64,000 nucleotides of DNA, taken from IMG/VR virus record IMGVR_UViG_3300020152_000024, positions 1,382 through 65,381 of that record; one strand, 5' to 3'. The notes under the pieces are model-generated. The model searched no databases, was not told the origin of the DNA, and worked only from the letters and a program-made list of their open reading frames with translations. The stretch's first letter is position 1; each line of letters begins with the position of its first letter. Positions 8,778-18,431 of the stretch are shown here, one piece after another. The stretch comes from a virus (Duplodnaviria > Caudoviricetes). The translations under genes and the position numbers were made by a program.

Positions 8778-9515
8778 TTAGACGGCGGCCGTCAGCCGTG
8801 CATAAGCGGCGGCCATTTTCTCATCGTAGCGGTTCTGCGCATAGTTCACGCCATTGTAGCGGCGCGCAAAGCCTGCCCAATCCAGCCGCTGAAGTTCGTC
8901 GGCGAGATCGTTGGCGCGGATGAAGCCTTCGAACGCCTCCAACTGATCACGCTCCGAGCGCGCGAGCTTGGCAACGTAGTCGCGAGCGTTCCCCATGTTG
9001 AGGTTCGGATAGTTCTGGCCCAACACTTGGAAGCGGCCATAGCTTGCGCTCTCCAGCGCCTGTTCCGGCGCAAGCGCGAAGGCTTCAGCGAGCTGCGCCC
9101 AGCGCGCCGCCTGTGAGCCGGGATAGCCGCCGGACTGGCGATTCGAGATATGCGGGTGCGAAGCGTCGAACCGGCGGCCGGTCTTCTTCGAAAAGAGATG
9201 GCGCTCAAAAAGGATGATCGGACGGCCGTCGTCGGCAAAAGCGCCCAACCTGCCCGACTCGACTTGGGCGACAGCCGCCAGCGCTTGCCAACGACAGCCG
9301 AGGCGCGCGGCGACCGCTTCGTAATCTGCGTTGGTGAGCGGGGCGCGGTTTTGCGCCCGCAAGCTCGCGAGGAAGTCGGCCGGCTGCGGCTGTGGCGTCG
9401 GGGCCGGGACGGCCGGCTTGGGCGCCGGCGATCGATGACGCGGCGCCGGTTTGGCCGACGGCCGCGCGAACAATTGGGCGAAGAATTCGGCCAGCCAGGT
9501 CAGGAAAGCGCGCAT
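8778..9515 (-). CDS. Endolysin, N-acetylmuramidase (DUF3380 family)
   Basis: AVAQVESG...ILFERH.F...SYGRFQVLG.N...FARRYNG. Confidence 0.9.
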   Translation of the reverse strand: MRAFLTWLAEFFAQLFARPSAKPAPRHRSPAPKPAVPAPTPQPQPADFLASLRAQNRAPLTNADYEAVAARLGCRWQALAAVAQVESGRLGAFADDGRPIILFERHLFSKKTGRRFDASHPHISNRQSGGYPGSQAARWAQLAEAFALAPEQALESASYGRFQVLGQNYPNLNMGNARDYVAKLARSERDQLEAFEGFIRANDLADELQRLDWAGFARRYNGVNYAQNRYDEKMAAAYARLTAAV

Positions 9516-9880
9516 CAGCGGCGCGCCTCCCGTGAGCAGCGATTGGTGTCGCCGACATGACCAAGCGCTGAATTGAAGCGGGTGCCAGCGCGGGTCATTG
9601 CGCCTTCCCATTCAGCGTCGCGATCGAGCAACGTGCCTTCAAGGCTCTCGGCATAGCGGCGCCACGCCGGGGCGTCCGCATCGTCGGTTGGCCGGGCGCT
9701 GAAGCTCGACGCATAATCGAGCTGGGGCGGGCGGTCGTCGCCTTCAAGGACCGAGGCTGGAACGATAGTCTGACACGGCGGCGGCTCGACTTGCGGCAGC
9801 CTGGTCGCGCATGCGCTGAGCGAAGCTAGCATGCACGCCGATGCGAGCGTCGAGATCAGCCGCCGATTGAAGACTTGCAC
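9515..9880 (-). CDS. o-spanin (Rz1-like lipoprotein)
   Basis: GGAG RBS and GTG start; lipobox LSAC, then Pro-rich segment; overlaps the upstream gene. Confidence 0.65.
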   Translation of the reverse strand: MQVFNRRLISTLASACMLASLSACATRLPQVEPPPCQTIVPASVLEGDDRPPQLDYASSFSARPTDDADAPAWRRYAESLEGTLLDRDAEWEGAMTRAGTRFNSALGHVGDTNRCSREARR

Positions 9881-10673
9881 GCGCGTTCTCCGTTGCTTGT
9901 TCGATGTCTGCGAGTTCAGTGGCGCGCGCGTCGACGCGCACGACGCTTGCGCCGCGCTGATCCGATTCTGCAGCCGAGGTGCGTTCCCGCGCTTCGGCTT
10001 GATCACGACGGGCCTCGGCCGCCACCTCGCGGCCGGAAGGCGGGTCCAGAAAAGGGAGGCGGTCAAAGCAGCTCGCCAAGCTGAGCAGCACCAACGCGAC
10101 CGCGAGGAAAGCCCAGAACTTCCAGTTCAGCAGTGCGCCCAAGAACTTGCCCCAATTGACCCTGGTGCGCCGCGCCACCCGCACCGGCGCGCGCGGCTCT
10201 TCCTCGATCTCAGGCTCGACAGACGCCAAGCCCATCCGCGCCATACGCTGCGGCTCTTGACCCTTCGCCATGGTCGCACGCGTTGCGGCATTGCGGTTGG
10301 CGGTTTCCACGCGGGTGCGCGTTTCCAGCCACGCTTCGGCGATGGCGGCGACAACACGGGCCCAGACCGGCAGTGCGTGGCGCCGGAGCGAGAGAAAAAC
10401 GTCGAGGGCCTTGGCCGCGATCTCAGCCGACTTTTCCGGCGCAAGTTTACGCAGCTCTCGCCAAAAGCCGGCGAACGAACCCGGCATCGCATAAGCGAAA
10501 GCCGCGTAAAGCGTGAGATAGATGACGATGCTGGCTAGGGGCCAGGGCATCGTCAGCGCGGCGGCAAGGCCAGCCCAGCCGAAACCGGGCCACACCATGA
10601 AGTGAAACCAGCGCTCGACCGCGCGTTCGGCAGGTTTAGGCGAGACGCCGCCCAGCGATTGAGCTTGATCCAT
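9744..10673 (-). CDS. i-spanin-like protein with extra N-terminal TM domain
   Basis: Two N-terminal TM segments, a third TM, then a coiled coil; lysis-cassette position. Confidence 0.55.
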   Translation of the reverse strand: MDQAQSLGGVSPKPAERAVERWFHFMVWPGFGWAGLAAALTMPWPLASIVIYLTLYAAFAYAMPGSFAGFWRELRKLAPEKSAEIAAKALDVFLSLRRHALPVWARVVAAIAEAWLETRTRVETANRNAATRATMAKGQEPQRMARMGLASVEPEIEEEPRAPVRVARRTRVNWGKFLGALLNWKFWAFLAVALVLLSLASCFDRLPFLDPPSGREVAAEARRDQAEARERTSAAESDQRGASVVRVDARATELADIEQATENARASLQSAADLDARIGVHASFAQRMRDQAAASRAAAVSDYRSSLGP

Positions 10674-10718
10674 GAAAGCGATGGTCGCTTCCCGGGATGC
10701 GGCGCGGATAGGAGCGCT

Positions 10719-11141
10719 TTACGCCCCGCTGATCACACGCGACGTGAGATCGACGATAGCAGCTGCAACGACAGCGGCGTCACTCACCCGGCGCAGCTCG
10801 AGCCGCCCGCGGGCGCGCGAGATGCCGAGCGCGCTGCGGTCAACGCGCCACATATGCGCCGGATCGCCCCACGAACCGACGGGCCCATCGGTGAAGGCGC
10901 CCGAAAGGACGGTCATGCGCGCTTCGTAATCGCTGACGGATCCGGAGAGCAGCCATTGGCCGAGGATCGAAGTGCCGAGACCTCCGCCCGACGAGACGTT
11001 GATGTAGCCCGTGCCCATGAGCTGATAGAACGTGCCCGCATCGTTGCCGACAATGGCCGTTTCATCGTCCGTGTGATCGAACAGCGCAACGCTGGCGCCG
11101 GACGCCGCAGCGGTCACGAACACTGCAAGGCCAGGGATCAT
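10719..11141 (-). CDS. Tail-fibre-associated protein
   Basis: Coupled to the tail fibre gene; beta-rich. Confidence 0.6.
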   Translation of the reverse strand: MIPGLAVFVTAAASGASVALFDHTDDETAIVGNDAGTFYQLMGTGYINVSSGGGLGTSILGQWLLSGSVSDYEARMTVLSGAFTDGPVGSWGDPAHMWRVDRSALGISRARGRLELRRVSDAAVVAAAIVDLTSRVISGA

Positions 11142-12811
11142 CGGCGAACATCCTTGTTCATCGCGGCCAGCACTTTGCCGTCAGAGAGACCGATGAAGGT
11201 GATCACGTCCTTGGCGTTGGCGCCCACCGAGAGTGTCGGCACGACGCCGCCGGCGAACTCCCAATTGGTATGCCAAGTCGCGGTCTTGCCGCCGATGGCG
11301 TCTTGTCGAATTTCGATCTTGCCCGATTGGCCGTCGCGGACGTTGGCTGGCGCGTTGAACGTGGCGCTGCCGTTCAGCGTCGCCTTGAAGTTGAAGCCCG
11401 CCGCCATATCGACGACGATGGCGCCGCTGGACGCGAGGTCCACGCTCGCGGCGGCATCGAACACAGCCTTTGGGTCGAGCATCTTGCTGGCCGTGCCCGC
11501 CCGGAATTGGGCGGCGCTCGCTTTATCGACAGCGATGCTGGGATCGCCATCGACACCGTTGCCGTTGGTGACGGCGATGCCTGCGCCGGCGACGATCGAT
11601 CGCACCAGAGCCGCGCCAGGCCCGGCGCGCACGATGATGCCGGCGGTCGAAAGCGCGCTGATGGCGCCGAGCAAGGCGCTGGCGACCTGATAGGAGCCGG
11701 CATTGGCGAAGGCCTCGAAGGTGACTGCGGTCGTGTTTAGCGTGCCGCCCGGCGCCGAAGAGCAGAGCCAGGATGAGCCGCTTTGGGTATCGCCGCCGGC
11801 AACCAGCACCATCGCGCCCGGAAACTCTGCCCACGCATCCATGTCGCCCGCGCGCGCCCATGCGCCGGCGGCCGTCACCCAGACGCCGTTCTCAGCTGGC
11901 GCGGTTTGGTTCTTCACCAGGATGCGCGAGGCGCTGGTGAGGACGCCATCGATCGTCTGTTCACCGGTCAGCGCAACGTTCGCCGTGGTCGCGACGGCGA
12001 CCTGTTCCTTGATCTGAATGCCGGCCGCGAGACTATCGACGTATTGCTTGGGCGCAGCTTCGAGCGGGTTGGCGGGATTGCCCGGCAGCGTGAGCGGCCC
12101 GGTCATCGTGCCGCCGGCCTTGGGCACGTAGCGGGCGTCGCCTGAGCTTTGGCCGATCTTGTCTTGCAGCGTTTCGGTGATGAAGGGCGCGCCCGCATAG
12201 AGCGCGATGTCGCCCGAATTGATCTGCGTCTGGCCTTGATCGACCGTCACCACCCACGCGCCGATGAAGCCCGCATCCGGCGCCGGCGTCGTCTGCGATC
12301 CGGTCGTGGCCGCAACGCCTGCTTTGACTTGCACCAAAGCTTGCGCTTTGCGGCGCGTCGCGTCCGGCACCGAATTGTTGTTCGGACCCATCCAAGGCTC
12401 GGAAGGGTTGGCGGCGTTGTAATAGGTTCGCACCGTTGGATCGGTGTCGGTCTCGGTGAACGCGATCTGCACCAGGTAATTGATCGAATGCCCGACCGTG
12501 CCCGGCGCCGGGCACTCCAGTTCGGTGGCGTCGAGGATGAGGCCTTGCTTGACGATCTGGTGCAGCACGTCGGCGGCCAGCGAGCCGTAAGGGGTCGCGT
12601 CGATGTTCTGGAGCGAGAAGACTTGCCCCGCGGCGACATTGACTTCGAGCGAGGCCGGCGAGGTCGGCGTGCAGGCAAAACCATGGAGCAGCGTCGAGGA
12701 GCCGAAAACCGCCTGCAACAACTTGCCGACACCGACCATGGCGGCCTTGTTGGTATCGAGAATGTCGGAGACGAGCGGGATTTGCCCCGGCAGTACGATA
12801 ATGCGATCCAC
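11138..12811 (-). CDS. Tail fibre protein 2
   Basis: MDRIIVLPGQIPL baseplate-attachment N-terminus; GGTMTGPLTL and ATTAN..L.G.QTIDGV modules. Confidence 0.85.
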   Translation of the reverse strand: MDRIIVLPGQIPLVSDILDTNKAAMVGVGKLLQAVFGSSTLLHGFACTPTSPASLEVNVAAGQVFSLQNIDATPYGSLAADVLHQIVKQGLILDATELECPAPGTVGHSINYLVQIAFTETDTDPTVRTYYNAANPSEPWMGPNNNSVPDATRRKAQALVQVKAGVAATTGSQTTPAPDAGFIGAWVVTVDQGQTQINSGDIALYAGAPFITETLQDKIGQSSGDARYVPKAGGTMTGPLTLPGNPANPLEAAPKQYVDSLAAGIQIKEQVAVATTANVALTGEQTIDGVLTSASRILVKNQTAPAENGVWVTAAGAWARAGDMDAWAEFPGAMVLVAGGDTQSGSSWLCSSAPGGTLNTTAVTFEAFANAGSYQVASALLGAISALSTAGIIVRAGPGAALVRSIVAGAGIAVTNGNGVDGDPSIAVDKASAAQFRAGTASKMLDPKAVFDAAASVDLASSGAIVVDMAAGFNFKATLNGSATFNAPANVRDGQSGKIEIRQDAIGGKTATWHTNWEFAGGVVPTLSVGANAKDVITFIGLSDGKVLAAMNKDVRR

Positions 12812-12872
12812 GTAGCTCTCCGATGTTCACTGACGGTTTTGGTGGTGCTGGGCCGCTGGCGCGGCTTAAAGT

Positions 12873-13220
12873 TCAGCCCAGGTCTTCTTGATCGTCCCGG
12901 AGGTTCGACAACCAGAACATTTCACCCGCTGCGACTTTGGCTTCGATGTCGGCATAGGCCTGCTGACGAGGCGGCAGATTGCGGTCGAAGACGACGCCGG
13001 CTTTGCAGCGGCCGCGCGCTTGATCCATCGATTCAGAGGCGCCGCCCTTGAACTCGATGGTTGACATCTCCGGGGCCACCGGAATTTTCGTCCCGCCTTT
13101 GGTGTCGAAATACTCAAGCACGTAATAGCTGCGGTCGCGCGTATCGCTGACCACAGCTGGAGAGAGATAGACGCTGGCGAGCGTGAGTTGCCCGAGAGTG
13201 AGATCGGCTCGCTTGCCCAT
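12873..13220 (-). CDS. Hypothetical protein between the tail fibres
   Basis: AGGAG RBS before ATG at 13220. Confidence 0.55.
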   Translation of the reverse strand: MGKRADLTLGQLTLASVYLSPAVVSDTRDRSYYVLEYFDTKGGTKIPVAPEMSTIEFKGGASESMDQARGRCKAGVVFDRNLPPRQQAYADIEAKVAAGEMFWLSNLRDDQEDLG

Positions 13221-13242
13221 GAATGGAGGCTCCTGAGGAAAA

Positions 13243-13959
13243 ATGCTGGACCGCGCGTTACTTGCCGCCCGCGGCGTGTTCTTGTCTGAGGACACACATC
13301 AACTGCTGATCGACCACCGCGCGGAGATAGAGCTTCCCATCGCGATACGGCGGCGCGAGACCGCGATCAGCGGCGATGTGCGCATCGGCGCGTTTTCAAC
13401 CGCGCACGGTTCAATCGACGAAAGCGTCGCGCGCGTCGGACGATATTGCTCGATCGCTTGGGGCGTGCACTTCGCCACCTTCGAGCATCCGCTGGACCGC
13501 ATAACTACGCACGGCATGACCTATCACGCCGGCTATTTCGGGCATGGGCCAGCGCCTGCGCCGATCCCGCCGCAAGAGCGCATCGTCATCGAGAACGATG
13601 TCTTTGTCGGCGAGCGCGCCTACATCAAGGGCGGCGTCACGCTGCACACCGGCTGCGTCGTTGGCGCCCACGCGGTCGTGACACGCGATGTCCCGCCTTA
13701 CGCCGTCGTCGCGGGCAATCCTGCCCGCGTGATGAAAATGCGGTTCGATGACGCAACGATTGCACGTCTGCTCGCTTCGCAATGGTGGCGCTTCGATTTA
13801 AGGCGCGTTCCGTTCTCGCTCGGCGATCTGGAGCGCACGCTCACCTTCATCGAAGCCCGACACCTTCCGGTCTATGAAGGCGAGCGCGTCTCCGGAGCGG
13901 AATTAGTTCGGGACGCGAAGAGCCTTGAAGCCGGTCCCGGCGCTATCGTTCGCGCCTAG
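13243..13959 (+). CDS. CatB/Vat-like hexapeptide-repeat O-acetyltransferase (moron)
   Basis: VGRYCSIA, EHP, IENDVFVG, VVTRDVPPYAVVAGNPARV..MRF, WW. Confidence 0.88.
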   Translation: MLDRALLAARGVFLSEDTHQLLIDHRAEIELPIAIRRRETAISGDVRIGAFSTAHGSIDESVARVGRYCSIAWGVHFATFEHPLDRITTHGMTYHAGYFGHGPAPAPIPPQERIVIENDVFVGERAYIKGGVTLHTGCVVGAHAVVTRDVPPYAVVAGNPARVMKMRFDDATIARLLASQWWRFDLRRVPFSLGDLERTLTFIEARHLPVYEGERVSGAELVRDAKSLEAGPGAIVRA

Positions 13960-16900
13960 CGAGACCTGCGCGCCGCCAACCAGAAGCTCGGTCACGGCCG
14001 GGAGCGAAAGCTTGCCGCTGCCGGCCAGGCGCGATGGCGTCAGGTTGCCGCTGGCGATCCGCAAGCACCAGATGTTGGTGCCATCGCTGATGTATTGGTG
14101 CTGCTCGGATGTGTTGTAAACGTAGAGCGAACCGCTAACGGCCTCAGCCGCGGCTCGCGCCAGCGCCGCGTTGCCCATAGTTTCGCCGACGCCCAGTTTC
14201 TCCAAACACCAGCCGACGCCGCGGCCCCACGAATCCATGACCATGATCTGCGCGCCCGTGCCGCCCGTTGGGCGCGGCGTGCCGTTGGAGTCGTCGAGCT
14301 GATCGATGCGGATGCGGGCGGCCGTGGTGACGTCGGTGTCGCCCGTACCTTCGACGTAGCCCGCATTGGTGGCGGTCAAGAAGCCAATCACCAGGCCTTC
14401 GGTGTACTTGCCGACCTCGAGCTTGGAGCCCGCGACGCGGAACGGCTTGCCGGTGCTGACAGAGGCCGAGCGGATGGTATCGACGAAGAGGTTGTCGGCG
14501 TTCTGGAAGTAGACGAGGTCGGCCGAGCCGTGCGAGCCATTGATGTGGATGCCGCGCCGGTTGATCGACGTGTTGGCGTTCGATGCGCCGGCGAAGACGA
14601 CGCCGCGACACGCCAGCGCCGCCGCCGTGTCCAGAAGACGCATGACGACGTCGAGATAGAACGATTGATTGTCGCCCGCCTCGCCGAGATCAGTGCCACT
14701 GACGAGACTATCGAACAGGACCGCCTCAGCGCCCTCGCAATTTTGGATGTAAATTTTGTAGGTGCCGAAAAGCCGGCTGGTGACCTGCAGCGCACGGGTC
14801 ATCAGATTGCCGGACAGCACCGAGAAATTCTCGAACCCGCCGCCCTGCTTGCGGCGCGTCGTGGCGTTGCCGCTTGGCGAACGGTGCTTCAGCGCCGTGA
14901 TCGCGGCCGTGCACAAAAGGGCTGTGCCCCATTTGGGCACGCCGACGTCGTGGTTTTCGCCTCTGCCGGCGCCCTGCACCAGAACGTTGTCGTAGATGTT
15001 GTCGAGGCCGGTATTGATCGCGATCGCGCTGGCCCCCGTTGGCGGCAATTGCAGGATGCCGCCGCCACGCTCGTCGAGCCGCTCCATCAATTCTTGGAGC
15101 CTCGCCGATTGGCTGGTCGAGCCATCGACCACCAGGCCGAAATCCTTGCCGGCGATGGCGATGCGCTGCGCCCAGCGGGTCGCATCCGTCCGTGCAACGG
15201 CAACGGCCGATGAAAGCGCGGTCGTGCCTGGATTGTCTACGGCGTAGCTCTTGGCCTGAAACTGCGCATCGGCGGCGGTGATGGAGTAAAAGTCCGTGCC
15301 CGCCTCAAGGTCGAGCAGCGCCCGCATGGCCGCATAGTTCGCCGCACTCAACAACGATTGCACGTTGGCCGCCGGGGCGATGGCCGCGAAGGTCGCGAGG
15401 TTGGCGCTGTAGGCTTGGACGTTGGTCCCGATCACGAGCCCAAGCGCGGTGCGGATAGCGGCATAATCGGCCGCCTGCAGAATCGTCTGCACGTTCGCCG
15501 ACGGGCTCGACAATGCCGCGTAGGCGTCAAGCACCGAAGATTTGGCCTGATAGGCGCCGGTGCCGCCGAACTGCGTCCAGCTGATCGCGGTCGTGCCCAG
15601 CGTGCCGCCTGCATTGGCCGTGCACACGAAAGCGCGGTCGCCGTTGGCCGTGCCTTCTTCCACCCAGACATTCGCGCCCGGCGTTTCGGACCAGGCGTCC
15701 ATATCAGCCGCGCGCGCCCAGGATCCAGAAGCGGCGACATAGATGCCGTTTTCGGCGGCTGCAGATTGGTTTTTCACCAGCACCCGATCGCCGGCGATGA
15801 TCGAAACGCCATCGATCGTCTGCGCGCCCGAAAGCGAGATGTTGGCGGTCGTTGCCGCCCTCACGCTGGGCTTCACATCGAAGCCGGCGGCAAGGTTATC
15901 GACGTATTGCTTGGTCGCCGCATGCAGCGCGCTCGAAGGGTCAGCGTGGAGCGTGACGGGGCCCGTCAGCGTGCCGCCTGACTTCGCCAAGAACTGCGCA
16001 TCGGCGCCGGTCATGGAATAAAAGTCAGTCCCGGCTTCGAGGTCCAAGTCCGCGCGCATCTGCGCGAACGTGTGGCCAAGCAGCGTCTGAGCGTTGGCGT
16101 GCGGCGCGATGCCGGCGAACGTCGAAAGGTTCGCGCTGAACGCCTGAACGTTGGCCCCGATGACAAGGCCAAGCAGCGTGCGCATGGCCGCATAGTCGCC
16201 GGCCGCGGCGAAGCTCTGCACATTCGCCGACGGCGCTATGCCCGCCCACGTCGTCAAGTTCGCCGACGCCGCCTGCTTGCCCGCCAGCAGCGCATCGGCT
16301 GCCGAGACGGCATAAAAGTCAGTACCCGGCTCCAGGTCGAGCAGCGCGCGAATGGCGGCGTAGTTGGCAGCGCCGTTCAGCGCCTGCACGTTCGCGCTTG
16401 GCGCGATCGTCGCCCAGGTCGTCAGATTGGCTGAGGCCGCCTGCTTTCCAGCCAGCGCCGAATCGACCGCCCCGATGGAATAAAAATCGACGCCGACTTC
16501 GAGGTCGAGCAAGCCACGCATGGCGGCGTAGTTCGCCGCGCCCAACAGCGACAGCACGTTGGCGCCCGGACTGACGCCGGCGAAGGCGGTCAGATTGGCG
16601 CTGTAGGCCTGGACGTCGGTTCCGATTTCAAGGTCGAGATCGGCCCGCATCTGCGCGAAGGTGTGGTTGATCAGCGTCGCGCCGTTGGCGCTGATCTCGC
16701 TTTCCAGCTTGTACTGGCCGTGCGGGTCCGCCTCGCCAACGTGATCGGCCACAGCCTCTTCGCCGCCGCCGCTTTCGACGCCGGCAATGAGCGCATCCAC
16801 TTCCGCTTGGCTGTAGAGGCTGAGCGCCGTGCGCACATCGCCGGCGCCGCCCAGCTTGGCCACCAGGTCGGCGAGGTCCGCCGCCGCCATTAGCGGGCCG

Positions 16901-17655
16901 CCATACGCCGTCGCTGCGGCAAGATAGCCCCAGCGCACCGAATTGATTGAGCCAGACGACACCTGCACGAACGGGATTGCGGTGACATCAAGCTCGCCGC
17001 CAGCGTCGGCGCTCGATTGCCAGGCGCTATCGGCGTGCGTAGCGCCTTGCTGCACGGTGATGATCGCGCCAGGGATTTCCGCCCACGCATTGAACGAAGC
17101 GGTGCGCTCCCACGCGCCTGCCGAAACGGCATAGACCCCGTTAGCCGCGGCGCTCGACTGGTCTTTGACCAGCACCAGCTCGCCTTCGCTCAAGGCTACG
17201 CCGTCGATGGTTTGCTCACCAGAAAGTGTGATATTGGCCGTCGTCGCAGCCCGCACGATGATGGCGCTTTCACCGGAGCCGCCGACGACATCGACCCAGC
17301 TTGCGCCCTCGCGATAGCGGTGCACTTGGACGTCTTGGATGAACGCCATCATGCCGGGCTTGGGCGTCACCTGGAGCCAGCCGCTGGCGAGATAAACCGC
17401 GACGTTGCCCGCGGTGTAGCTGCCCCAGGCTGCGCCCGCGGCCGCGCCGGTCATGATGTAGGCGTCGCCAACCTCAGGATCGTTCGGCTGGGCATCGACG
17501 CTGGCCGAGATCACGGTGAGGTTCGTCAGCGTTTCCAGCAGCGCAAAGAGCGCGCGCACTTGTGACTTATCGACGTCATGGACGCCGCTCGACGCTTCGC
17601 CGTCGATCCAATAATCACGCCACGCCTGATTGGCCAATGCACGAATAGCGCTCAT
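13903..17655 (-). CDS. Long tail fibre/tailspike with repeats and a C-terminal beta-helix (depolymerase-like) domain
   Basis: DUF2793-like N-terminus, SANL/AANYAA repeats, KDFGLVVDG...GGGILQLP pectate-lyase-like start. Confidence 0.85.
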   Translation of the reverse strand: MSAIRALANQAWRDYWIDGEASSGVHDVDKSQVRALFALLETLTNLTVISASVDAQPNDPEVGDAYIMTGAAAGAAWGSYTAGNVAVYLASGWLQVTPKPGMMAFIQDVQVHRYREGASWVDVVGGSGESAIIVRAATTANITLSGEQTIDGVALSEGELVLVKDQSSAAANGVYAVSAGAWERTASFNAWAEIPGAIITVQQGATHADSAWQSSADAGGELDVTAIPFVQVSSGSINSVRWGYLAAATAYGGPLMAAADLADLVAKLGGAGDVRTALSLYSQAEVDALIAGVESGGGEEAVADHVGEADPHGQYKLESEISANGATLINHTFAQMRADLDLEIGTDVQAYSANLTAFAGVSPGANVLSLLGAANYAAMRGLLDLEVGVDFYSIGAVDSALAGKQAASANLTTWATIAPSANVQALNGAANYAAIRALLDLEPGTDFYAVSAADALLAGKQAASANLTTWAGIAPSANVQSFAAAGDYAAMRTLLGLVIGANVQAFSANLSTFAGIAPHANAQTLLGHTFAQMRADLDLEAGTDFYSMTGADAQFLAKSGGTLTGPVTLHADPSSALHAATKQYVDNLAAGFDVKPSVRAATTANISLSGAQTIDGVSIIAGDRVLVKNQSAAAENGIYVAASGSWARAADMDAWSETPGANVWVEEGTANGDRAFVCTANAGGTLGTTAISWTQFGGTGAYQAKSSVLDAYAALSSPSANVQTILQAADYAAIRTALGLVIGTNVQAYSANLATFAAIAPAANVQSLLSAANYAAMRALLDLEAGTDFYSITAADAQFQAKSYAVDNPGTTALSSAVAVARTDATRWAQRIAIAGKDFGLVVDGSTSQSARLQELMERLDERGGGILQLPPTGASAIAINTGLDNIYDNVLVQGAGRGENHDVGVPKWGTALLCTAAITALKHRSPSGNATTRRKQGGGFENFSVLSGNLMTRALQVTSRLFGTYKIYIQNCEGAEAVLFDSLVSGTDLGEAGDNQSFYLDVVMRLLDTAAALACRGVVFAGASNANTSINRRGIHINGSHGSADLVYFQNADNLFVDTIRSASVSTGKPFRVAGSKLEVGKYTEGLVIGFLTATNAGYVEGTGDTDVTTAARIRIDQLDDSNGTPRPTGGTGAQIMVMDSWGRGVGWCLEKLGVGETMGNAALARAAAEAVSGSLYVYNTSEQHQYISDGTNIWCLRIASGNLTPSRLAGSGKLSLPAVTELLVGGAQVSLGANDSAGTGFKALRVPN

Positions 17656-17666
17656 CGGTAACCTCG

Positions 17667-18431
17667 TTAGGCCAGCGCGGTCGGCTGGTAGTGTTGTGCG
17701 CCGTCGGAATAGCCGGAGCCGTCGGAGAAGAGCGAACCGCCGCCGACGATGGTGAATTCATCGAAGCGCGAGACGATGCGGGTCCACACCGTGACGCCAA
17801 CCGGCCGCACGCGATCGATGGCGGCGTAGATTTGCGCATCGACGACGCTGACGGGATCGAGATCGGCGCTCCATTCTAGCGGCGATGCGGTGTCGAACGC
17901 GCCGTAAGGATGATTGTAGCCGGAGACATCGGGCACGCCGGCCGGGCGCGGGCGCAGCACTTCGACGAAGAGCTGCGCCGTCATGCCGTGACAGCCATAA
18001 CCGCCGGCCACGTCATAGCCGCACCCGCCGACATCGTAAGCGCCGGTGTCGGCCGCCCGTTGCGGCTCGAAAATGCGCGGCGGCGCGCCGGTCAACAGCG
18101 TAACCCGCATCGAGAGCGCCGCCCGCGTGGCCATCGGCTTGAAAAGATGGGCGATGATGGCGATGCGAAACGATGCGTCACTCTGGCCTTGCGCCCGCTT
18201 CAGATCGCCGCCGAAAAAGTCGAGCGCGATGAGATCAAGCCAGCCGCCTGTCGCGGTGGCGATGCGGGTTTGCAGTCTGGCGTAGGCGTAAAGCTCATGC
18301 ACCCAGGCGAGCGCTACAGCCGGCCCTTGCAGCAAGCCGTCTAGGACGGGCGTCGGCCCGTGATCTTGGCCAAACCAGCGGGGCAACAGCCGCTTCAGGC
18401 GCGCCACGATATCGGATGCATCGCCGATCAT
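17667..18431 (-). CDS. Baseplate wedge protein (gpI-like)
   Basis: TRIATATGGWLDLIA.DFFG; follows baseplate J. Confidence 0.8.
   Translation of the reverse strand: MIGDASDIVARLKRLLPRWFGQDHGPTPVLDGLLQGPAVALAWVHELYAYARLQTRIATATGGWLDLIALDFFGGDLKRAQGQSDASFRIAIIAHLFKPMATRAALSMRVTLLTGAPPRIFEPQRAADTGAYDVGGCGYDVAGGYGCHGMTAQLFVEVLRPRPAGVPDVSGYNHPYGAFDTASPLEWSADLDPVSVVDAQIYAAIDRVRPVGVTVWTRIVSRFDEFTIVGGGSLFSDGSGYSDGAQHYQPTALA

Noticed and set aside
10535-10548. Additional TAGGGGCC operator copy
   Set aside because: Only a partial match, within coding sequence, with no promoter context.
13243-13959. Bona fide chloramphenicol/streptogramin resistance gene
   Set aside because: The hexapeptide fold is shared with sugar O-acetyltransferases; the context points to surface glycans and the substrate cannot be read from sequence.
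11138-17655. Diversity-generating retroelement or invertible tail-fibre switch
   Set aside because: No reverse transcriptase, no TR/VR pair with adenine-specific differences and no invertase with flanking IRs were seen.
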